54,761 bases of DNA from Planctomycetota bacterium (GTDB lineage: Bacteria > Planctomycetota > MHYJ01 > JACPRB01): NCBI GenBank assembly GCA_016190155.1, contig JACPRB010000082.1:1-54761 (forward strand), read 5' to 3'. The notes under the pieces were generated by a model. The model was not told the origin of the DNA and made no database searches. It saw only the letters and a program-made list of their open reading frames with translations. Below, in pieces: positions 1-7,722 of the stretch. The position numbers and the translations under genes were made by a program. Within the stretch, counting starts at the first letter, position 1, and each line of letters starts with the position of its first letter.

Positions 1-865
1 ATGCCGCGCCTTCCAGGAACGCGTCGATCTGCTCCCGTTCGCGATCCGCCTCATATTGGAGTTGTCCGCCGGGATAGACGTCACGGCGCGCGCAATCCTC
101 GAGCTCCGCCGCGACGGGCGCGTCGGATCCCAGTCTTTCTTGGAGGAAGGCCTCGATTTGCGGACGCATCGACATGAACTCCGCGGCGACCGTCGCCACC
201 GCGCGCACGCGGGCGCCCGCGGCTTTCAGGAGATCGATGCCGCGCATGACTCGTTCATAGGATCCTTCGCGGCGGTGGTTCACTCTGTGCTTGTCGTGGA
301 TCTCCGGGGGTCCGTCCAGGCTCACGACCACTTCGACGTCGTGTCTTCGGAAGAACTCGGCGGACTCAGGTGTGAGGAGCAAGCCGTTCGTGAAGATCCG
401 CTTGTACCATCGGCGGCCGGAGGAAGCGGCCTCGTCGAGGACGGCCTGGACCGTCGTCCATGCCAGCATCGGCTCGCCCCCGAAGAGGCTGAGGTCGAGA
501 TGCCGTTCGCGGGTGAGGCTCAGGAGCGCGCGCACGATCCGCCGGCCCATCTGCGGCGACATGACCGTGGGGCTTGCACGGTAATGACCCTGATCCACGT
601 TGCAGTAGCTGCAGGCCATGTCGCATGCGTGCGCGACGTTGATGACCGCCTGGGCGAAGGGATGTTCTTGCCGGCAGGCGGTGCCCGGCCAATAGCCCAA
701 GCGACCCAGCAAGGACCATTCCCGCTCGATCTCGACGGGAGGAGGGCCGCCTTCGCGCAGAACCCGACGCGCGTCGGCGGAGACCTGGTAGAGGCACGAA
801 GTACCGGCCACCAGCGCGAGGTCATCCATCCAATGCAGCCGGCCGGCGAATTCGTCGAGGTTCAT
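1..865 (-). CDS. radical SAM enzyme, second of a tandem pair; N-terminal part only, the gene runs off the left window edge
   Basis: Absent from the ORF track because it has no in-window stop. My reverse-strand translation from ATG 865..863 reads MNLDEFAGRLHWMDD...VINVAHACDMACSYCNVDQGHY...LSLFGGEPMLAW...VVSLDGPPEIHDKHR. CDMACSYC is the CX3CX2C radical SAM cluster motif. The ATG overlaps the upstream TGA (864..862) as ATGA. Confidence 0.8.
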   Translation of the reverse strand, partial: MNLDEFAGRLHWMDDLALVAGTSCLYQVSADARRVLREGGPPPVEIEREWSLLGRLGYWPGTACRQEHPFAQAVINVAHACDMACSYCNVDQGHYRASPTVMSPQMGRRIVRALLSLTRERHLDLSLFGGEPMLAWTTVQAVLDEAASSGRRWYKRIFTNGLLLTPESAEFFRRHDVEVVVSLDGPPEIHDKHRVNHRREGSYERVMRGIDLLKAAGARVRAVATVAAEFMSMRPQIEAFLQERLGSDAPVAAELEDCARRDVYPGGQLQYEADREREQIDAFLEGAA

Positions 866-2277
866 GTGGAAACCCACTCCGGCACGTTCGGCCGTACGGA
901 CGTCGCGGGAAAGAGGAAGATCGGCTTGAGCCCTGGCGACGACGTTCGCGCCAACTGGCGGAGGCGATAGGCCTGATCCAGCTTCTGCAGGGACGCGGCC
1001 TGCAACGGCTCGTACATCCGGCGGATGTCGGGCCATGTCAGATTCGAGGTGGCCGCCACGGCTTCGTGAATGAACTCCGTGGAGTACGCGCAGAACGCAT
1101 CGCTCGGCTCTCGGCCCGCCGCGAAGATCGAGGGACAGCCTTTGGGACACAAGTCGTGGGCCCAGCATGCCTCGCACTTTTTCGGAAGTGCGTCTCGCTG
1201 CGCCCGCAGGGCCGTCATCTTCTGCGGGTCCAGGCCTGAAAAGACGTCTCCGAGCCGGCGAGAGGGATTCCCCAGGTCGGAGCAATGGCAGTTGTAGATG
1301 AAGCCGTCGATGTCGACGAACGGAAAGCCCAAGCCGGACGGGCATTCGGGCCGAGGAGCCGCAGGGCCCAGGAGAAGGACGCCCATCAGGCGTGCCAGCT
1401 GCGTAGGATACCGCCCATCCCGCAGATCGCGACGAGTGGTTTGGAGGACGACGCTCCATGCTTCGCGCGCCTGAGGACCGGAGGTCCATCCGGATTCGGG
1501 GCCGATCGCCACGTGATTCCGCGGCGTCGCCAGTCGTCGGAGGTAGTCCTGCGCTTCCGTCGTACGTTCCGCGCCTTCGGGGGTCATGATGGCGACAAGG
1601 CCCATGGGGGCTCCGGCCGACAGCAGCGCCTGGATTCCGGAAAGCACCATCCCGTGAGAGCGATCGCCGGACTTGGTCGGGCGCCTGGGGTCGTGCAGGT
1701 CCTCCGGTCCGTCGATCGTCACCTTGGTGTGTACGCCGTGTTCCGCCAGGAATCGGGCGCGAGAGGCATCGATCATCGTGCCGTTGGTCGTCAGATGCAG
1801 CGACCACGTGCATTCGGGATGCTCTCGGGTGGCGCGGACGGCTGCTTCGAGGGCCTTCCAATTCAGCGTCGGTTCGCCGCCGAAAAGATAGAGGGAAAGG
1901 CGCGGGATCGAGCGGTTGCGCACGAGCCAACGAATGCTTTCTACGGCGACCTGTGGGGTCATGAGGCCGGGTTTCCCGCCGTAGAATCCCGTCTGGCCGA
2001 CGCAGCAATACGTGCACGCGAGATTGCAATTCCGGGCCAGGTTCAAGGCGAGACCCTGGAATCCGCCGGGCGTTCGCGGCGGGACATGGAATCCGTAGCC
2101 CAAGCGGTCGAGTACGCGCAGATCGCGTTCCGACGGCTCTTCGGATCGGAGTTCGTAAGCCAGCGGAGTGCCCGGAACGATGCCGTAGCGCCGTTCTTGG
2201 CACGTGAAACTTACGAGGCAGGCCGGGCGCACGCTGGTCTGGCCGCCCGGACGGCCTGGCTGTACTGATCCTTGCAT
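862..2277 (-). CDS. radical SAM/SPASM-domain peptide-maturase-like enzyme, first of a tandem pair
   Basis: Track ORF 862..2391(-). NLARNCNLACTYCCV gives CX3CX2C. The C-terminal KKCEACWAHDLCPKGC matches the SPASM CX2CX5CX3C pattern exactly. Start placed at MQGSV (2277) so it does not overlap the upstream gene ending at 2310. Confidence 0.85.
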   Translation of the reverse strand: MQGSVQPGRPGGQTSVRPACLVSFTCQERRYGIVPGTPLAYELRSEEPSERDLRVLDRLGYGFHVPPRTPGGFQGLALNLARNCNLACTYCCVGQTGFYGGKPGLMTPQVAVESIRWLVRNRSIPRLSLYLFGGEPTLNWKALEAAVRATREHPECTWSLHLTTNGTMIDASRARFLAEHGVHTKVTIDGPEDLHDPRRPTKSGDRSHGMVLSGIQALLSAGAPMGLVAIMTPEGAERTTEAQDYLRRLATPRNHVAIGPESGWTSGPQAREAWSVVLQTTRRDLRDGRYPTQLARLMGVLLLGPAAPRPECPSGLGFPFVDIDGFIYNCHCSDLGNPSRRLGDVFSGLDPQKMTALRAQRDALPKKCEACWAHDLCPKGCPSIFAAGREPSDAFCAYSTEFIHEAVAATSNLTWPDIRRMYEPLQAASLQKLDQAYRLRQLARTSSPGLKPIFLFPATSVRPNVPEWVST

Positions 2278-2309
2278 AACTGAGGAAGATGCTCTCGGCA
2301 GGCGAGCGC

Positions 2310-2792
2310 TCAGATAAGTTCGCAGCCCCCCATGCCGCATCCGACGGGGAAGACGGCGCACTCTTGCACGAAGCCTCCGACCCCCGTGCACCCTTGGACG
2401 ATCAGGTTCTCCGGGAGCAGCTCCCTCAACCGGATCTCCTGCAGGCGCATCGGGGTATAGGGTTTACGGGGCACTTGAGGCGTGACCGGTTTTCCCGCCG
2501 GGTCGTCGCCGAAGCGTACCGCGCCGATCGATGCCAGCTTCTTTACGAACGCCTGAAGCTCCTCGGCGGCCGCGCGCGCGTCCGCGTCGAAGGCGGCGCA
2601 TACGGCGTCCAAGACACCGGGGAGATCGGAGCCGTCGAGGATCTTCCAGACGAAGAGCGCGGTGTCGCCGGTCAGCTCGTAGAGCACGTCGGCCGACGGC
2701 TGGGTCGTAGGGATGAGAAAGACGGATTCGCCGGCGTCTCTGGACTCAAAAGCCTCGGTCTTTCGTATCCCCTGGGGGGCGTGTTGTGACAT
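2310..2792 (-). CDS. PqqD-like (RiPP recognition element-like) protein fused in frame to a 46-residue tail with a Cys/Gly-rich C-terminal end
   Basis: Track ORF 2310..2822(-). The core SVFLIPTTQPSADVLYELTGDTALFVWKILDGSDLPGVLDAVCAAFDADARAAAEELQAFVKKLASIGAV has the PqqD-family pattern. The tail is MRLQEIRLRELLPENLIVQGCTGVGGFVQECAVFPVGCGMGGCELI. ATG at 2792 is preceded by GAGGAA; a GTG at 2822 is an alternative start. Confidence 0.75.
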   Translation of the reverse strand: MSQHAPQGIRKTEAFESRDAGESVFLIPTTQPSADVLYELTGDTALFVWKILDGSDLPGVLDAVCAAFDADARAAAEELQAFVKKLASIGAVRFGDDPAGKPVTPQVPRKPYTPMRLQEIRLRELLPENLIVQGCTGVGGFVQECAVFPVGCGMGGCELI

Positions 2793-2877
2793 AGGTTCCT
2801 CGCTGGCCTGGAGCCGCCTCACAGGGCGCCATTTGACCGAAATTCGCGGGCTCGCACAAGGAACAACGCACTGCTCC

Positions 2878-3627
2878 TCAGTCGATCTCTTTCAATGTTC
2901 CGGCGGCGATCCGTTCCAGCGCGCGCACCCATTGTTGCGAATGTGGATCTTCGTGCGCCCGCAGAGGCGGGAAGGGGCGGATGGGGATGCCGGCGAAGGC
3001 GTCGCACTGGGTCTTCCAGCACTCGCGCCAATCCGAGCACAAGGCGTGGCGTCCATTTTGAAACAGAAAGGACCAGGCGTTCAGATCTTGCTCTCCGATG
3101 AGGAACAGGCCCCGCAGCGGAAGCGGTTCCCTACACAACAAGGGGCTTTGGGCCAGGCAGAAGGTCGGCCGGCTGAACCACGCCGCGGGGGCGCCGTGGC
3201 GGGTCAACAGTCGTACGCTGGAATCGCGAAGGGACATGGGCGTCGGAAACGGATGCGCGCGGCGGTCCTTCACGGAAACCGCGACGGAATCGTCGGACAA
3301 GAGGCGCGCCCCCTTGACGGCCATGAACAACGCGGCCGTTGTCTTGCCGGCCATCGATTGTCCGATAAAGCCGAAGGCGCCCTCCGCGGTGGCCACGGCC
3401 GCCCCGTGGAGAATGAGGTAGTTCGGGTGAAGCCGGGCAGCGACGCGGAGGCGAAACTCGTTGGCCTGGTTCGCCGCGCCTTTCGATTGAAGCACGATTT
3501 CTTCGGCTTCGCCCTCGGGCGCGACGCACCACGAGAAGTCGCGCAGGAGCATCTCGATCGCCTTGTCCGATGCGCGTGGCCGGCAGCGCCGGCCGAAGAA
3601 GTCGAAGACTGGGCCCAGAACCGTCAT
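2878..3627 (-). CDS. HPr kinase/phosphorylase-like P-loop protein (HprK-related kinase)
   Basis: C-terminal 249 aa of track ORF 2878..4254(-). LILHGAAVATAEGAFGFIGQSMAGKTTAAL resembles the HprK C-terminal domain P-loop. ATG 3627..3625 overlaps the upstream TGA (3626..3624) as ATGA. The longer ORF version overlaps the upstream gene and is rejected. Confidence 0.7.
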   Translation of the reverse strand: MTVLGPVFDFFGRRCRPRASDKAIEMLLRDFSWCVAPEGEAEEIVLQSKGAANQANEFRLRVAARLHPNYLILHGAAVATAEGAFGFIGQSMAGKTTAALFMAVKGARLLSDDSVAVSVKDRRAHPFPTPMSLRDSSVRLLTRHGAPAAWFSRPTFCLAQSPLLCREPLPLRGLFLIGEQDLNAWSFLFQNGRHALCSDWRECWKTQCDAFAGIPIRPFPPLRAHEDPHSQQWVRALERIAAGTLKEID

Positions 3628-4532
3628 GTCTGATGCGGATCGATCCACTGAAGCGGCACGAATCCGTTCCTCGCCGGCCGGCCTGCAGGGTGCAAACCGA
3701 GGCTCCGATACATCGCCAGCGGCACGCGTCGATAAACCAGGAATCCGGAACGGATGTGCCGGGCGCCGCGCCGCCTCGCCATATGGAGAGCCGCGGTCAA
3801 CAACAGCCGCGCGATGCCCAGACCTTGAAAGATCGCGCGAACATTCAAGTCCCAGAGTTCGAACGAGCCCGGTTCGCGCTCGATGAGATGGACATGGCCG
3901 GCCGGGTGTTGTCCGATCCAGCCTTGGATCTCGGTGACGCTTGCGGTGCGGACCTGTTCCTGAGCGGTCGCACGCGTGTACGGATGCCCGATCCAGGCGC
4001 ACCGGTCTCCCGTCGAGCGGATGGTCACGTGCGGCCGCAGCCAGGGGGCCACCGACACGGCGTAGAAGCGGCTGTGCAGGAGGATGGTGCACCACATTCG
4101 GAAGAAGTCGCGCACGGCGCGTTCCGCCCGCCATAGCCGTCCCCTGAGTCTGCGCAACCCGGCGAAGCGGGGCGGCGTCGCGAGCCTGTCGCGCATCCAT
4201 GTCCCATCGCGCCGGGTGGCGGCGACGAAGCCGACGATTTCGGACGTCGGGCATGGCGGATCGGGCATGGGGCTGCGGTCTCCTTGCGTGACCCAGTGTA
4301 CGCCGTCTCGCCGGACGACGCGATGCGCGATCATGCTTCCCGGGTCGGCGCCGCGTCGGACGACGATTTCGCCGGGGCGTGGCTCCCGCATCAGGGGCAC
4401 GATCAGCAGGTCGTCTCCCGGCAGCAAGGAAGGGACCATGCTGCCGCCGGCCAGCTTCAGAAGCGTGCCTTGCGCGCGGTCGATCATGGTCGTGCAGCTT
4501 ACCAAGATCCGCTCGTCCGCGGCCAGGGCCAA
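3624..4532 (-). CDS. fusion protein: S26/SipW-like signal-peptidase domain plus C-terminal GNAT acetyltransferase domain
   Basis: GGSMVPSLLPGDDLLIV is the S26 SMxP catalytic-Ser box. IAHRVVRRDGVHWVTQGDRSPMPD is a SipW/ER-type HRV...T(K)GD box. FQGLGIARLLLTAALHMARRRG is GNAT motif A (QxxGxA). The start is TTG at 4532; ATG at 4487 is an alternative. Confidence 0.7.
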   Translation of the reverse strand: MALAADERILVSCTTMIDRAQGTLLKLAGGSMVPSLLPGDDLLIVPLMREPRPGEIVVRRGADPGSMIAHRVVRRDGVHWVTQGDRSPMPDPPCPTSEIVGFVAATRRDGTWMRDRLATPPRFAGLRRLRGRLWRAERAVRDFFRMWCTILLHSRFYAVSVAPWLRPHVTIRSTGDRCAWIGHPYTRATAQEQVRTASVTEIQGWIGQHPAGHVHLIEREPGSFELWDLNVRAIFQGLGIARLLLTAALHMARRRGARHIRSGFLVYRRVPLAMYRSLGLHPAGRPARNGFVPLQWIDPHQT

Positions 4533-4597
4533 AGCTCTCAGACCTTTCTTGTCGATATACTTATGGCTCTCTGTGAGGGCCAGGAGAGAGGGGACTG

Positions 4598-5251
4598 ATG
4601 GGAAGAGATCCGATCGGATTCACGCCGGCCTCGATGATGGCCCGGCAGCGGTTGGGGCTGCCGCTTGCCGGCCGAATCGTGCTCTACGCCGGCCGGTTTG
4701 CGCCCACGCATCCGTTGGACTTGCTCATGGACATCGCGCCGGCGCTCATGGATCGCGCGCGGCTGCTCCACTTCGTGCTGATCGGGGACGGAGTGACGCG
4801 GCGACGGCTTGAGGCGATCGCCCGTGCGCGCTCGCTGGACGCCGCGGTCATCTTCGCGGGGGACGTCCCGTCCGAGGAGGTGACGGAATACGTGGTCGCA
4901 TCGGACGTGGGGCTTTATCTGTCGGCCTGTTTCGGCAGCCTGCCGCACTCGTTCTCGATTGATGAAGTCTGGCCGTTCCTGAGCGTCGGGCGCGCGATCG
5001 TGGCGGCGAGCGATCTGCCGGACCCGCGGCTCTTCGTGCAGGGGAACAACATCGGCTGCGCCGCGGAGATCACGGGTCGCCGCTCGCGGGACATGGAGAA
5101 TCTGGTGTTGGCGATTTCCTCCATGTTGATGGACGATCGCGCGCGCATGCGCCGGGCGGAGAACGCGCGGCAGTTGGGACGGAGTTTGCAGGCCGACCAC
5201 GCCGTGATGGGCTTCGCGAAGGCCTCGATGAGGCGCGCGGCGGTGCTGTAG
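4598..5251 (+). CDS. glycosyltransferase family 1 (GT4-like), C-terminal Rossmann domain only; apparently N-terminally truncated
   Basis: RIVLYAGRFAPTHPLDLLMDIAP...FVLIGDGVTRRRLEAIA...VIFAGDVPSEEVTEYVVASDVGLYLS...GRAIVAASD fits the GT1 C-terminal half. There is no room for an N-terminal domain because the divergent gene ends at 4532. GGAGAGAGGGGA lies upstream of the ATG. Confidence 0.6.
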   Translation: MGRDPIGFTPASMMARQRLGLPLAGRIVLYAGRFAPTHPLDLLMDIAPALMDRARLLHFVLIGDGVTRRRLEAIARARSLDAAVIFAGDVPSEEVTEYVVASDVGLYLSACFGSLPHSFSIDEVWPFLSVGRAIVAASDLPDPRLFVQGNNIGCAAEITGRRSRDMENLVLAISSMLMDDRARMRRAENARQLGRSLQADHAVMGFAKASMRRAAVL

Positions 5252-5260
5252 TCCGATTCC

Positions 5261-5850
5261 CGGCACGGTTCAATCTGGGGTTGTGCGAGGACGCAGCGCG
5301 GCGGTGCCGCAACCCGACAAGGGGCGATGGGTTCGGCATGAATTCCCACTCGGCTGGGAAAGACCAACCGCTGAGAACGCAGAGCCCGGGCAGAGGACGC
5401 CGAGATTCCCTTCTTGAGAATAAAACTCTGCGTCCTCCTTCCCGGTTTCAGCGGCCCCTGCGGTTGGTCGGTTGTTTTTCGGTTGATATCTCCGCAACGG
5501 CCTGAGACCGAGTGTATTGCGCAAACGCCCGGAAGAATCTTCGCGCCATGGCAAGCCGCAGCGCGGCGAATGCCGCAACCGAACGGGTTGTTGCGGCGAG
5601 CCGCCGCGCGATTGTTCATTGTTGATTTCAGACTGCGACACCGAGCGCCTTGAGGGCCAAGGCATTACAGGTACACGTGAAACATCTTCGCGCCATGGCG
5701 AAATCTGGATCGTTAGTAGTGCAGTGAGAGAACGAGAGAAATCGCCTCTCTGCCGCCTCTGCGTTCTGCGGTTAGGTTTTCTCTGCGTCCTCGAGTGATC
5801 GATATGCCGGCCACAACTGTTACCTTCATTTGAACCATGCCAGGATTTTC
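5261..5850. repeat. composite copy of the dispersed repeat family (left-TIR-like end, about 200 nt core, internal duplication); boundaries approximate
   Basis: 5261-5292 (cggcacggttcaatctggggttgtgcgagga) matches the ends at 25634 and 28953. 5293-5494 is the reverse complement of 43450-43650. atcttcgcgccatggc occurs twice (near 5538 and 5682). All track ORFs here translate to low-complexity junk. Confidence 0.7.
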
Positions 5851-5899
5851 TCGGGATTGGGGGGGCGGCATTTGAGATTTCTCGTATAATGCCCGCCCC

Positions 5900-6481
5900 A
5901 TGTATGACTACATCACCGGACAGGTCATCGAGAAGAAGCCCGACCACGTCGTGATCGATGCCGGCGGGGTGGGTTACCGCCTCGAGATCCCGTTGTCGAC
6001 ATACGAGAAACTGCCGCGACAAGGGACCGTCAAGGTGTATGCCTACCTGAAAGTGGCGGAAGACGAACACAAGCTGTACGGCTTCGCCACGGAGCGCGAG
6101 CGCGAGACCTTCCTGCGCTTGATCAACCACGTCAGCGGTCTGGGGCCGTCCAAGGCCGTGGCGATCCTCTCCGGAGTGGGCGTGGAGGAGCTGTCGCGCG
6201 CCATCGACGAAGGCAACGCGGTGTTCCTCAAGCGGGTGAAGGGCATCGGCGACAAGCTGGCCAATCGCCTGATCGTGGAGCTCAAGGGGAAACTTCCCGA
6301 GGCCGGAGCGGCAGGGAAGGGTCCGGAAGGCACGTCCTTGATGAAGGATGCCGTGCAAGCGCTGGTGGCGCTGGGCTATGATCGCGCCGAGGCCGACGAG
6401 GCCGTGCGCCGGGCGCAGAAGGATCTGCCGCCGGAAGCGCCCGTGGAGGAGCTCATCAGGAGGAGTTTGGCGAATGTATAG
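5900..6481 (+). CDS. ruvA: Holliday junction branch migration complex subunit RuvA
   Basis: MYDYITGQVIEKKPDHVVIDAGGVGYRLEIPLSTYEKLP...HLVSGLGPK-like HhH region...C-terminal domain III. Typical RuvA length (193 aa). Confidence 0.95.
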   Translation: MYDYITGQVIEKKPDHVVIDAGGVGYRLEIPLSTYEKLPRQGTVKVYAYLKVAEDEHKLYGFATERERETFLRLINHVSGLGPSKAVAILSGVGVEELSRAIDEGNAVFLKRVKGIGDKLANRLIVELKGKLPEAGAAGKGPEGTSLMKDAVQALVALGYDRAEADEAVRRAQKDLPPEAPVEELIRRSLANV

Positions 6482-7502
6482 GATGGGGTCGGCCGTGTGC
6501 GGGTTGGCGTTGCTCGCCGCCTGCGCGACGGAGAGCGAGGTCTTCAAGCACAACATGATGCTCGGCAAGCACTGGTTCGACAACGGTCGCTTCACCGAGT
6601 CGATGAAGAACTACACGCTGGCCCTCGAGGAAGAGCCCGAATACTACCCGGCGCTCCTGGGGTTGGCATGCGCGGCCGCGGAGCAAAGCCACGTTCTCTA
6701 CGGCCAGGCGGAGGACGCGCTGGTCGTGAACAAGCGCGACCTCGGACTGCGCGTGCTGCGGGATGCGGACAGGCACGCGGACTTGGCCAACCGTTCATTC
6801 GCCCGTTGTTTCCGGATGCGCGACGATTCCGCGACCAGCGCCAATTTTGCGCTCTTCCTCTACAAGCGCGCCACGTCGATACGCAACCTGCCTTATCCGG
6901 CGTCAGAGGAGATTCCCGAGGAATACCGGGGAACCGAACAGGAGAAGCGATGGAAGGCGGGCCTTCAGCAGCGGCACCGCGAGCTGGATGAAGCGATCCG
7001 TCAGTTCGAGATCGTGCTGAAGGACGACGCCGGCGGGCTCGGGACCGCCGAGCATGTCCGGCAATGCAAGACGCATCACGCGCACCGGTACCTGGGATTG
7101 GCGTTGTTCCTGCGTTCGGATTGGGACAAGCGCGACGGCGACTCGGGCCGGCAGCACCTGATGGCCTTCCTGGCGTACGTGCAATATGTGCGGGAGTACG
7201 TGATCGCGCGTTGGCCCGTGCGGGAGGAGCCGGACAAGCTGCGCAAGGAGCGGGAGATGAAACGCCTGGATGTCGACCTGGGCGAGATGCGCGCGCTGAT
7301 CCGCGAGCGGCTCAAGGTGCTGACGGAGTACGAGGGGGTCTTGCGCGAGGGGCGAAAGCAACCGGCTTTGACGGCGGAACAGCGGCAGAAGCGTCTGGGG
7401 GCGGTCGCCGTCGAGATCGAGGCGATCAGCGCGCTGGTGCGCGAGTTCGAGAAGGTGACGACGCCCTCTCCGGCCGCGCCCAAGGAACAGGGCCGGCGTT
7501 GA
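6474..7502 (+). CDS. lipoprotein with TPR-like N-terminal region and charged coiled-coil C-terminal region
   Basis: Start moved to MYRMGSAVCGLALLAAC (lipobox LLAAC); it overlaps the ruvA stop by 8 nt. No recognisable catalytic motif. Confidence 0.6.
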   Translation: MYRMGSAVCGLALLAACATESEVFKHNMMLGKHWFDNGRFTESMKNYTLALEEEPEYYPALLGLACAAAEQSHVLYGQAEDALVVNKRDLGLRVLRDADRHADLANRSFARCFRMRDDSATSANFALFLYKRATSIRNLPYPASEEIPEEYRGTEQEKRWKAGLQQRHRELDEAIRQFEIVLKDDAGGLGTAEHVRQCKTHHAHRYLGLALFLRSDWDKRDGDSGRQHLMAFLAYVQYVREYVIARWPVREEPDKLRKEREMKRLDVDLGEMRALIRERLKVLTEYEGVLREGRKQPALTAEQRQKRLGAVAVEIEAISALVREFEKVTTPSPAAPKEQGRR

Positions 7503-7722
7503 ACTTGGCCGCAGAAGCCAGGGCCGGCGACCGTCCAGCGGTCGCGGGCGGCGTCATGAACTCCTTGGGATAGTCGGCGGTGAAGAGGTACAGCGTAAAC
7601 GCGCTGAGACCGACCGCCAGCGACAGCATGGCTGCGTCGAGCAGTTTCATCGATCCGCTCCGTCCCGCGGAACGGCGCGCGTTCCGGCGGGATCCATCTC
7701 AATACCTTGTGGCCCCGCACGT

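Noticed and set aside
56-970. Long plus-strand ORF (304 aa) and the nested ORFs 291..584(+), 366..797(-) and 520..825(-)
   Set aside because: They are Arg/Ala/Gly-rich low-complexity translations. The minus strand in another frame gives a clean radical SAM protein with a CX3CX2C motif, so these are GC-driven shadow ORFs.
2878-4254. Full 458-aa version of the HprK-like ORF
   Set aside because: The N-terminal 209 aa are Arg/Pro-rich junk and overlap the well-supported peptidase-GNAT gene. The ATGA-coupled start at 3627 gives a sensible 249-aa protein.
5261-5292. GGTTCAATC motif in the repeat ends that resembles a tRNA T-loop
   Set aside because: The flanking bases cannot form a 5-bp T-stem (CACGG versus TGGGG), and no acceptor or anticodon arms can be drawn. 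It is the terminal inverted repeat of the dispersed element, not a tRNA.
7426-7650. 74-aa minus-strand ORF with a hydrophobic N-terminus (MKLLDAAMLSLAVGLSAFTLYLF)
   Set aside because: It overlaps the 3-prime end of the convergent lipoprotein gene by about 77 nt, and its C-terminal half is Ala/Pro/Arg-rich. It is possibly a real small membrane protein, but there is not enough support to annotate it.
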